Shown here one piece after another: positions 13,001-26,200 of a DNA stretch of 43,930 nt. Source of the DNA: Octopus sinensis (taxonomy: Eukaryota); the NCBI RefSeq assembly GCF_006345805.1, contig NW_021835092.1:1-43930 (forward strand), in the 5' to 3' direction. Every line of letters starts with the position of its first letter. Position 1 is the first letter of the stretch. A program made the translations under genes and the position numbers. The notes beneath the pieces were generated by a model that was not told the origin of the DNA, searched no databases, and was given only the letters and a program-made list of their open reading frames with translations.

Positions 13001-16000
13001 GAGCAGCAAACCAACGTCTTCCACTTGAATAAAGACAATGTTTACTGGATGCAATGATAGATTTATTATCAGTGAAAAATGACAGGGTGTTCATATTTGG
13101 AACGCATTTCATTGTAAGTCTGCCAGATTATGAGAGACATCAGGCAAAATAACAACAAATAACAGTCCCACTGTGTGGCACCTTGGGCAAGTGTCTTCTA
13201 CTATAGCCTCGAGCCAACCAAAGCCCGTCGTATGTATGTTGTATGTATGTATGTATATATGTATGTATGTGTGTATGTGTTTGTCCTCCCAACATTGCTT
13301 GACAACCGGTGCTGGTGTGTTTCCGTCCCCGTACCATAGCAGTTTGGCTAAAGAGACAGATGGAATAAGTACTAGGCATACAAAGAATAAGTCCTAGGGT
13401 CGATTTGCTCGACTAAAAAGGTGTTGCTCCAGCATGGTGACAGTCAAATGACAGAACCGAGTAAAAGAGTATAAAACAAACAAAACCTTTGTCATTACCT
13501 CACCTGTTAAACCACAACATATATTATTTGGCTGTTCCAAAAGAGAACCTGAAATCTATTTCGCTTCTAATTTATCCATTTCACCAACCGTGCTAACCTG
13601 ATTGGATACTTTATGAAATGTCAATAGTATCGATATGTTTAATATGATTAGTTTAATGCTAAAACTTCCCATTGACAGGTAAGAATGGAAGCTGCTCTTT
13701 ATCATTCTGATATCAAAATAGTTCAGCAGGGGATAAACCTTACAGAAATCAATCAAGTGCTGTTATTTTATACTCACCAACAGGTTCAGTCAATTTCTGT
13801 ATTTCCTTGACTTCAAATGTTCGATTCACTGAAATGAATATTTCCAAGTTTCAAACAATTTAGAAAAAATTCTCTATCTTTACTAATAATATATATTTTA
13901 TTATCAGCGACTACTGTGATCGATGATCAACTGTTGAAGACAATAATTTTGGTTAGAATGTTTATAGTTTCAACAGGATTACCATGTAATAGTTTAATAT
14001 TTACACTGCTTTCCAAAATTTCCTTTATCTTTTGAGACATTCGACATAATCTAACAACTGTGTCATTATTTCATTTAATTATCACTTGATAACACCAATC
14101 TTTGATTAGGTTTGTCTTTCCTTCTTATATCTGCACTAAACATGACGTGAAATTGTGCCCTCACTTCTGCCCTTCTCTAACCAACATTATTCTCAGCTTT
14201 GCTTAATTCCAATGGCAACCAGTTTGTCATCAATGATCTAACCATTAACACATTACACACACCACTTTAAGTTGTATAAACACTCACACCTGATCTCCTT
14301 CTTAAACATTACTGCAGGTAATGATTAGTTTTCAACTTCCTGCATCACTGTTCACCAGAATGTCAGCTGATGCATGAAATGCTTTAAAACACCTTAATAG
14401 AGCAGTGTTTATAAAGATGAGCGAAGATTACTTCTACACAGGTGGAACAGAAAATGATAACAGGTGTCCTCAAAGAGGATACACTTGCACAAACTTCACT
14501 CTACTACAGGTAACTCTTCGTCCTTACATTATAGCAGTGCAAAGATCTGAAATGGTAGAATGGAAGTGATTCTGAAAACTCTAGGATATCTCTGACAACC
14601 CGCTTCTATATATCAACCAAACTTTCACCTCTCCTTTGACGTCCCCTTAATCAATGCGATGCCTCTGAATGGGCTGAAAACTCAGTTCAATCAAATCTGA
14701 GGGGACGAAATGGACATCTCTGTAGAAATATTTACCTGACAGAAACCGTCTTCCTGATGTTGTAGTTAACAACATTACAAGGAATATGAAACCCTGCTCA
14801 CACCCCATTCCACCATCACTGTTTTACCACATTTGTCACTAATGATCATTGACGTCAACTAATTGAAAATGTTTCTAAAATGTTTTATAAAATACATCTA
14901 ATTAGTGTCAAATACGTATACAGAAATGTTCCACAACATAGTGTTTCTTATGAAATGAAGCAAAAACACAATACCATCAAAACTTACTGAAACATAGGAA
15001 CCATAATCACGGTTCGTATGGATGTGGTCATGTAACCAAGGAAAATTGTAAAACTACAGAGAGTAATAAGGTGTAGAATGTTACTCGAAGATGCTAAGTT
15101 CTGTTGAGGTTCTACAATTTGAGAAATGATCTACCAATGAAAAGAAGATTCACAATATACAATATGATATTTAGAGGCCTCTGATATTCGTTCCGGGTGT
15201 AAAAATCGTGTTTTTGACAATTTTCAACTCGCCACTTCACCATGTGTCCTATTCAACAATGGATCGAAACTTATTCTCCAAGATTGTATACATCTACACT
15301 TTATTCGTTCAAAATTTCAAAGTCTGTTCTTAACTTCTTCACAGTTAATTTTATTTTTCCAATATGTGTTTTTTAACAAAATTGCACAGTTCTCTGACAG
15401 AACTTTTATCACACAAGGTCAATAAAAGTGACAGGACCAGCAAGTTCAGGGAGGGAATACATTGATTACATCGACCCCAGTGCACAACTGGTATTTTCCT
15501 ATTGACCCTGAAGGAGGGGTGAAAAGGCGAAGTCAACCTCGGCAGAATTTGAAATTAGAACCTAAAGACGGACGAAATGCAGTTAAGTGCATTAACGATT
15601 CTGCCAGGGGTCACCTTATCTATTATTTAATAATATTAAAGCGGCGAACTAGCAGAATCGGTGGCGCGCCGAACAAAATGCCTAGTGGCGTTTCGTCCGT
15701 CTTCACGTTCTGAGTTTAAAATTCCACCGAGGTTGTCTTTGCCTTTCATCGTTTCAGCGTTAATAAAATAAGTACCAGTTGTGTACTGGGGTCAATATAA
15801 TCGACTCATTTCCTTCCCTGAAAATGATCACACAAGATCAATAAAAGGGCAGATATAAACCTATTTGGTAAAAGGATCTTATTTTACATATAAAAATTTA
15901 TATTTTAAATCATATTATTTTCATATTGAAATGCTTATGGTATTAAAGTAAAACTCCTAATTACAATTTGAGATGTTATTGATTTACAATTCATTGATTA

Positions 16001-19000
16001 GATATTAACAGACAATTATCTAATTAGATCATAATTATACGTTTTTGTATTTTTGATTGTAAAAATAACTAGATATAAACGATGACAATCTCTTCTGGAT
16101 GAGAGCAGATCCTCAGGCGCCAGCTTATAAAACCTGGTTCTCTGTCCCAGGTTCTCAAACCAATCAGATAATGTTCTGTTAGGGCACCCGAGAAGCATTG
16201 CTACAGATCGAGGAACGCCATGACCGAAGTCATGCGTTTGATTGGTGCATGAAATTAATAAATCTTGGTTTTCATCTGAGAGTTCAATGATACAACCAAT
16301 GTACCAATCATTTTCATTCGTGTATCCAACATATTTTCAGGACTTTAACTTTGAAATATCTTGCTCAGATGCTGGTCTCTCCTCACCTAAAAGAGTGAAA
16401 TTGTCATCAGCTGATATCTTCTTCGTTAGAAGATCAGATCTTGAAGAAGGGACGAAGCGGTGATGGGATCGTGTGCCAACTAATTTCACTGAGCTGCTGA
16501 TTCGTGAAAGCAAGTCGAAGCTGTTTTCATTTTGGATGACATCGGCTGCCGACATGTCAAAGAACATTATCTCTGGAATGCTTGCACATGCTCAGCCATA
16601 CATCTTGCAACCTGTGAGAAAATGTCTTTCCTGGTTGCTTGTAGACTTGCTTTTTCAGCAACACATTTCTTCATCCTACTGATTCCCTCATATGTACTTT
16701 TTCCACATGACATGGCAAAGAAAAACGACTCCGCTTCAAGTCCTTGATCATTCTGATGATGACAGAGATTTGTTTGGTGTCTCTAGTTCTTGTATTGGTC
16801 GGCTGCACCGTCACTGAAGTACAGAGAATGTTTATGAATGGAAGTTCTGTCTTTATATGCGATATCACCCTCGTAATAAAAGCATGCACTGTGGTGTTGT
16901 CATGTTTCAAACAATCAGATATGACACAGATTGAAGTGCATTGAGGGTTTGAACCAGTCTTATAGTAGATCGCGAATGGATGAATATATTGGCCTGGGAG
17001 TTGTTCCAATGAAACCCTTGATCCGAATCCTTTTCTACAAAACTATAATTTTCTGCCAAGTCTGACAATACTGTTGCTTGATTTGATGTCAGATCATCTT
17101 TCTGATGAAAAAGGAGACTAGTTTGAGCCTTTGCTATGAAATGGGGTTGATGCAGAGTATCAAACACATTTTTAGTGGTTTGAAGGAAATCATTCACTGG
17201 GGAAGTTAGGCACATCAGGAAGGCCCAGTCCACATAAATCCTCGTTACTAAATCCTCTGAGTCAAAATCACATGATTAAAATATGTCAAACACTTCAGTC
17301 CACTCAGCTGGCGAAAATATGTAATTTTACAGCGGACTAAATCAAAATCAAAATCGATCAACATCAATGGAAATTGTAGCTGTGATACCAGTGCCGGTGG
17401 TACGTAAAAGAACCATCCGAACGTGGCCGTTGCCAGCACCGCCCGTCTGGCCTCTGTGCCGATGGCACGTAAAAAGCACCATCTGATCGTGGCCGTTTGC
17501 CAGCCTCGTCTGGCACCTGTGTCGGTGGCACGTAAAAAGCACTCACTACATTCACGGAGTGGTTGGCATTAGGAAGGGCATCCAACCGTAGAAACTTTGC
17601 CAGATCAGATTGGGCCTGGTGCAGCCTTCTGGCTTCCCAGACCCCAGTTGCACAGTCCAACCCATGCTAGCATGGAAAGCGGACGCTAAATAATGATGAT
17701 GATGAATGATGATGACTAGCGTCCTGTTCATGGAAGAATATATACCTCGGGGGAACCGGGAAACCAACCCTATGCTTCTTATGGTCTTACATAATTAGGT
17801 ACAGTTATTTTCTACTCACCAGGTGGTTCTGCCAACATCTGGACTTCCGGCTTTGACGACTTTGGACCCTCTGAAATAAACAATTTCATGTTTTAAACAC
17901 TGTAGAAAAAAGTCTTTATCATTATTAATAATCGATGTTTTATTATTGTTAGACAATCCTATCATCATTGGTCAACTGGTGACCATCATGCTTTTGGAGA
18001 GCATTTGTATAATTTCTACAGTATTACAATGTAATTATTCAAAATTTAGGTCCACAACAGCATAAACTACACTTAACAACCCTTCTCTGTCTCTTAAGGC
18101 ATCCAGCAATTCTAACAATTCTGAAATTATCTAATTTAATTATCACCTAATAACAACAGATTCTCTCTTAGTTTCGTTTTGGTTTTCTTATGTTTGTTCC
18201 AGATCTTTGACAAGACATCGTCATTTCACCTCCAGAGATCTCTAATCAATATTCGTCTCATCTTCTGCTAAATTCAAATGTCAACCAAGTTGCGCATCAA
18301 ATATCCAACCCCAAACACGAAACACCACTTCAGGATATATATATAATATATATATATATATATACCTGTTCTCTTTGTTATTGGTTACTACTAGTAATCT
18401 TTAATCTTAATTACCCACATCACAGTTCTCCAGAATGTAATCAGATGTGGGGAAATATCTGAAGATATTTCAATGTCATTCATCCTCCTGAATAAAGCAG
18501 GTCGAACAGAAAGTGACATCAGGTCTAACAGGAAGTGATATCTCGTGTCCTAAATTAACACACTACATTCCACAAACCACCTCATAACGACATAAAACTT
18601 GTCGTCCAAACATTATTGCTGTGAAAATATTTGAAACGGTTCAGAAGAACTGATCCTCAGGAATACTAATCTATACATCAATCAAAGTTTCCCACCCTTT
18701 TGATGTCCCCTCTCTAATGTTGGTCCCTAAACCCTCAGTTGAGATTTTCTTATTGAGTCTCCTATTTTATAAAGGCTCACTCTGATATTCATATAAATGC
18801 AGTTGTTTTTAATTATCGGCTTCCGAAGATATTGATAAATCATTAATCACTCTAATCACACACAAGATGTCGGTATTTACTGATAGAACCTTGGTGATTT
18901 ATTGGTATTTAGTCACCATTTATAATTCAGTATTCTTTATAAATTTTATGTTGCAGAAAGTAACCATCTTGAAATGTGACAAGTCTTCTAATTGGACGAG

Positions 19001-19565
19001 AACAATGTTTAGTGGGAGTAGTGAGAGACATAATATGACAGAGAAAAGACACCTGGAACATCTTTTATCAAAAGTGTGCTTGATTAAGGCAAACTGGATC
19101 TAAACAACATGAAATACAATATTCCACACCATAAAGCCCATGAGACAAACATACAGATCATACAGTATTCTTACCCAAACTATTTTTGCTCGTTATATTC
19201 TGTCTACACATAGGGCATCGTTTAGGTATCTTTTGGGGACAGCATTTCTTACACAGCGAAAGATGTTTACATGGAAAGAACGTCTCTGTGGCCACTTCGT
19301 CTTCACAAAACACACATCTGAGGAACAAAAACATGAACACATCCCATTAATAACATTCATTATAACAAATATTACATTGTGTGCATATTTACAGTAGAGA
19401 ATATTATGCGACACCACAATAAACAATTACATATTGGCGAATTTTGTGTGTATATAAATGCATCCACAGACACACACACAAACACACGCACAAACACACA
19501 CACACACATAGACACACACACACACATACACACACACACACAACACACCACCACACACCCACAAC

Positions 19566-19599
<34 letters not shown>

Positions 19600-19765
19600 A
19601 ATGGACACAAATATTAATAAATATATGTCATAACATTGATACATCACAAAAAGTGATTTACGCAAAGTGAAACATAATTCCAGAATATAATTCACTTATA
19701 TACATACACATACCACACACATACATACATACATACATACATACATACATACATACATACATACA

Positions 19766-19796
<31 letters not shown>

Positions 19797-20908
19797 GTTT
19801 AGATGGGCTGGGCACATCGCCCCATCACCGAAAATCTGTGGACACGCGCAGTTGTCGAGTGGTACCCGCGCGAGTGGAAACGACCACCCGAAGGCCTCCA
19901 CGTCGGTGGAGTAACGATTTCAGGAGGACGATTGGGATCACGTAGATGAGGAAGGCGCGATCCAGAGAGGAGTGGACATTGTGCTGTGACCAGCGGTGTC
20001 AATTGGACGCCCGGACGCCCGGACGGACTAGTCGGTCAAGGTGATATATATGTATGTATGAATATATGTATGAACGTATGTAATATATATGTATATATTG
20101 TATCTATTATATATATATTGTGTGTTGTGTGTGTGTGGTGTGTGTGTGTATACATACATACATACGTACGTACGTACGTACATACATGCATACATACATG
20201 CATACATATAACACTTGATTGTATCTAATCTGTTTTAGAAGTCGGCTATACTTAGACATTTGACTTTGAATTTTATGGATGGACAGATAGGACACAATTG
20301 CTACAGCTTCATGTATGGCTGATCCATGCCACAAAACAGGTCATTGTTCTAAATTAGAGTAATGACTTTAGATTTATATACGATATGTGTGTACATAACC
20401 AGGGAATTATTTTCAAAAGTGATGAGTTGAATGCAGTAAATGTCATGTTTCCATCTGCCATCACTGCACCACAAACTTCAGATTGATCTCAGGCCATTAC
20501 AAGGTACATTGTTATTCAATGACTGAAAGACTGTGAGAAATAGTTCAACTACCTGATTGGTCCCTTCAGTGCCTGATCCATGCGTCTTCCTCCACCATGG
20601 CTGTGGAATAAATAGCAAGTTACATTTCGTTACACAGAGACACTCTAATTTACAGTAGAGAATATTATGCGACACAACAATTAAACAATTACATATGGGC
20701 GAATTTGTGAGTATATAAATGCAGACACAGACACACAGACACAGACACAGACACACAGACACACAGACACACAGACACACACATACACACACATATATAT
20801 ATATATAAATGGACACAAATATTAATAAGTATATGTCATGACATTGATACATCACAAAAACTGATTTACGCAAAGTGAACAACGTATATTCCAGAAATAT
20901 AATTCACT

Positions 20909-20963
<55 letters not shown>

Positions 20964-21144
20964 GAGTCAGTCGCCATGATAGATTGTTAGCCGCTACACA
21001 CATTTTTTTCTCTCCATGTTTCTATCCTTGTTTTTTTTTCCGTGTCCCTTTCTGTAGAAGAGCGAAGGCTCGAAACGTAAAAGGCTTTTTCTATTCCTTC
21101 AACACCACCTGTCATCGTCTTTTGTTTTTTTCGTAAACTCTCCC

Positions 21145-21179
<35 letters not shown>

Positions 21180-21212
21180 GTGTGTGTTTGTGTGTGTGTG
21201 TGTGTGTGTGCG

Positions 21213-21251
<39 letters not shown>

Positions 21252-22747
21252 GGGGGGAAATAAATATTCGTAATGTCAAAATTCTTTATTTATTTAATTT
21301 CTAATGAACATAAATGGGATATACCAATACTATATTCACTTACATATGCATAAACTAAGAATATGCAAAAGAAACTAATAAATTATAGTAACTAAGGAAT
21401 TTATATACAATTATAAATATTTAGGGGTGAAAAAAGTATTCGTTCAGAATATAAATAACTGATAATTTTGATTTGATACTTCGTAGCATAACCATTATTC
21501 AGTTCCACTTCAACCAATATCTTCTTGTAGTTCTTCACCAATGACTCGCATGTTTCTTTAGGAATTTTTTCCTATTCTTCTTGACAAATTTTCTTCAAAT
21601 CTGTAATGCATGTTGTGGCTCTTGAATTTCAGTTTTCAAATAACGCCACAAATTTTCAATGGGGTTCAAGTCAGGTGACAGGCTTGGCCATTACAATAAT
21701 TTTATATTGTGATTGACAATCCATATTTGGTAGACTTCACCGTGTACTTAGGGCCGTTACCCTGTTGTAAAACCTACCCTTCACAAAGCTGGAGCTTTTC
21801 AACAGAGTCCCATAAATTATTGTTCAAAATATTTTGGTACATCTCTGCATTCATTCTACCATCTATCACATGTAAATTGCCAGTACCATTTGCAGAGAAA
21901 CACCCCCACACCTCCAATCTTTACGGTAGGAATTATGTTTTTACTCCAAACATGGGTAAGCGAATTTCGTCCAAACAATTCAATTTTCGTCTCATCTGTC
22001 CATAGAACATTTTCCCAGAATGTATCAGATTTATCTTTATGTTCATAACAAATTTTAAACGGGCATCTCTATGCCTTTTAGTCAACAGAGGAGTTTTTCT
22101 AGGAGAGCGTGACTTCAGTTCATTCCTATGAAAACTCCTTTCTGGTGATTATTGCGTTTTTTTCCGATTCTTCGCTTCATTTTTCATAAAGATCTTGGGG
22201 AAATCTTGCGTGGTGCTCCGGATCTTATTCTGTTTTCAACAGTTCCCGATTCCTTATATCTTTGAATAAATGAAGATATGGTAGTAAGCGGAATACAAAG
22301 TGTCTCTGATATTTTCCTGTATCTTTTACCTACTTTCTACAGTTCAATAATTAAGTTTTTCACTGAATTTGTGAGTTCTTTACTTTTCGCCATTATTGCG
22401 ATATCACTTTATGTTGTCTCAGTGCTGAATGAAGAAGCTAGTGTTTTGACACTCAAAAATGAAAACTGATAAGATTATTGGAATAAACAAGAAATTTCTA
22501 GTAAAAACATATTTTAACAGTATTTTGTGGCATAGAAAATCATACATTTATTCTGTACGAATACTTTTTTCACCCCTAAATATTTATAATTGTATATAAA
22601 TTCATTAGTTACTATAATTTATTAGTTTCTTTTGCATATTCTTAGTTTATGCATCTGTATGTGAATATAGTATTGGTATATCCCATTTATGTTCATTAGA
22701 AATTAAATAAAGAATATTGACAGACGAATATTTATTTCCTCCCCACA

Positions 22748-22787
<40 letters not shown>

Positions 22788-23209
22788 TTCTCTTTTTTCT
22801 CTTTTTACTTGTTTCAGTCATTTTGACTGTGGCCATGCTGGTGCACCGCCTTTAATCGAGTAACTCGACCCCGGGACTTATTCTTTGTAATCCCAGTACT
22901 TATTCTATCGGTCTCTTTTGCCGAACCGCTAAGTGATGGGGACATAAACACACCAGCATTGGTTGTCAAGCAATGCTAGGGGGACAAACACAGACACACA
23001 AACATACACACACATACATATATATACATATATACGACGGGCTTCTTTCAGTTTCCGTCTACCAAATCCACTCACAAGGCTTTGGTCGGCCCAAGGCTAT
23101 AGTAGAAGGCACTTGCCCAAGGTGCCACACAGTGGGACTGAACCCGGAACCATGTGGTTGGTAAACAAGCTTCTTACCACACAGCCACTCCTGCGCCTAT
23201 ATATGTATA

Positions 23210-23256
<47 letters not shown>

Positions 23257-26200
23257 ATCTATGTATGCATGTATAAATACGTATGTATGTATGTATGTAT
23301 CCATGTATGTACACTCATTGTATGTGTTTGTAGGCGATTTTCTCAGGATAGCTCACATGGACATGACTGGGTGGGACAGAGAAAACAGAGGAACAATCTG
23401 TTGGTAGACAGATAAATTCCATCACTTCACTATTTACTTCTACATTTTCTCATTGGTCCCAAATCTTTAAAATAGGGAATTGAGAGAGGTGGGTGGGGAT
23501 TTTAGGAGAGGTATAACAGTCAACGCAACCAATCATTTGAATGTAATCAAAATAGTGTCCTTTCTTTTAATTAGCTTAACATCTGCATATTGTTTATTGT
23601 TCTTCTTACTGTTGTTGTCTAACCTTTCATTAAGCTACTAAGACAGTATAATGTATCAGTAGAATTAAAACAATATAAACATATAAACACGGTTATATAC
23701 AAAATAGAAAATGTAATGGTTTATCTTGTCATTGCCAGTGAATACTTACTGCGGTGAGAATAACGTCTTTAACATCTTTTTTAAATTTTCCTTTTCTATT
23801 AGGTCCAATGGTGTTCTGCCACTTTTGTTTTTACAGTAAAAGTTGGCCCCGTGGTGGGCTAGGTAGCTGGCAACTACCACACCAGAGCACCTTTCTTCGT
23901 TTCCCAGTTTCAGCTCTACGCAGAACTACAAATGATGAAATATAAAATGATGAGTTAAAGATTACACAAACATATACTAAAGATGCCCCAAATTACACAA
24001 CAGTTCAACTACATTTACACATAGTTTGTTTCCCCAGTGATTAAACTAATCACACAGCGTTGATTTCTTACATCATCTCTTAGTTGAGTCCACTTTTCAT
24101 TATCATTTGTTTTACTTTACGTTCTACATTAAGACAAAAATTATGATCATTATATTGAACAAAACGCACATTAGTGGTCAACGTTATTGCTTAACAATGA
24201 TATTTAATGAGTAAATATTTACTTGCCAATCACAAATGTCACAAACTATTCAATAAAAACACAATATAAAGTTATTATAACATCAAGTCAAATATACAAA
24301 ATATAAGGACAGAAATGTCACAATAATGAAAGACAACAAACCAACAAGAACCTATCTCTACAACTGGCTTGATAAAGCCAAATGGCCATAGCAAGAGAAA
24401 TACTTACGGAAGAGTATTGTACATATAAGTACTAGCTTAAGGTGACCCGCTCTACGCGTGGGTGAGGGTGTGATTGTTACTTTCTGTTGCTTCCTTTGTT
24501 TCTTATCGCCATATTCACCCTCTTTGTTCCTCTCTCCTTTCTCTCTCGCATCCCCACTCTCTTACTCTTCCTTTATCTCGGACTCTCCCTCACTTTCTCT
24601 TGCTTTTTATCTTTATCTATCTACCTCCCATTTATAAAAAATTAGATTTCCGTGCTTAAATTACAAATCTTCTACTTTACCATGTTGAAAATTTGATTGA
24701 AATCGGGCAAAAGGTGTCCAATCTAAACCCCCAATTGTCCCCCAAAATCAATAAAATCCCAATTTTCACACCAAAACGACCACAGTAGCGCCCCAAAAGT
24801 CTCTCAAACAATTTCTCACCGCAAGTTACCCCCTCTTTTAAATTGTAATCCCATTCCATGCCCAATTACACATATTTTTACATAAAAATCCAATTTGTAT
24901 CATCGTTCGCCTTCTTCATTTGATAGATTAGAAATACATACCCGGCCTTGTTCGGGATTAAAATAGTTTCTTATTGTTTTACTCGTTTTGGTATTATAAC
25001 CCGATTTCATTCGGGTCTAAGCGGGCCACATTTTAAAAGATGAGGAATTTTGCCCTAGAGTCCATGCCTTTCAATTGAGCAAATTCGAAGTTCCAATACA
25101 AACTCGCTAGCACATTTAACATAGGTGTGCATATTTTTAGCACAATCCAACCACATATGCACACAGTATATATACAAATTAACACAATATATCTGTTTAA
25201 TAATATCTGTTATGACTGTGCGATGGAGGTGGGCGATATTAATTCACCGTTCTAAAAGACCTGTGGCGAGAATATTTAAACTTTTGCGGTTGTCATCGCT
25301 TTCTGTCTATAGATACAGACAGACGTACAGTGAGAGAGGTGGTGCAAGAAAGAGTGACAGAGAGACATCGTTATAGAGGGATCAAAAAAACTCTTTTTGC
25401 CATAGCAACCACATCTTATAGCTTGCGAATTTTAACCATCGCGGGTCTCATTCTCACCACGCATTTAGTATCCTTGCCTCGGTTTGGCTGCCATTAACCT
25501 CCAAAGCAAAATGTGCATAAAATTTTCGTCAAAGGACTGTCTTATAGATATGAATAACACCACAAATAATATAAGTTATACCAGAAAAGAGAACAGCAAC
25601 AACATAGCAAGGCCTTCAGACATAACAACTAAATCAACACCACATAGACATATCCACGCAGATCAATAATGTTTCTTTAATTAAGTGGATTGGAGAGAAA
25701 AACAGGGTATATAAGGCATCGGATTTTGTGCGCAAGAGAGAAGTCTACCATGGTATGGTTATGTGATGCATATGGATGAAGATAGCTTCATCAAGAAGTG
25801 GTGATCTCTCATTGTGGAGGGAATGTGTGGAGGGGGTAGACCCAGAAAGACGTGCAATAATGTGGTGAGAAAGGACCGTCAGACGTTGGGCCTCACAGAG
25901 GGGATGAAATGGGAGCGATACTTTTGGCAGTCTGCTGTACTTGAGATGATATGCCAAGCTAAGTCGTCGTTGTCCTTGCATACTGTCATGACCCGTGTAA
26001 CATTCTTCGTCTGAGATATCCTAATCTTGTGGGATCATGGGTGCTGATGCTTCGGAAAAATCACCCATGCTGGTGTCACATACAAATATCCGTGTCGGTG
26101 CTGCAGAAAAGCACGCAGTACATTATGTAAATTGGGTGGCATTAGGAAGGACGTCCAACTGTCGAAACAATGCGAAAAGAGATATGGAGCCCAGGTAGCT

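Noticed and set aside
17385-17545. Short spaced repeats as a CRISPR-like array
   Set aside because: The ~65 bp units are tandem without unique spacers and lie in an RTE 3' UTR; eukaryotic context, no cas genes.
20107-20334. Minus ORF between the RING and ankyrin exons
   Set aside because: Runs into microsatellite, has no convincing splice pair, and the frame is already satisfied by 20553-20600.
22795-23198. tRNA gene suggested by box A/B motifs
   Set aside because: These are SINE heads repeated several times in the window; no cloverleaf is evident.
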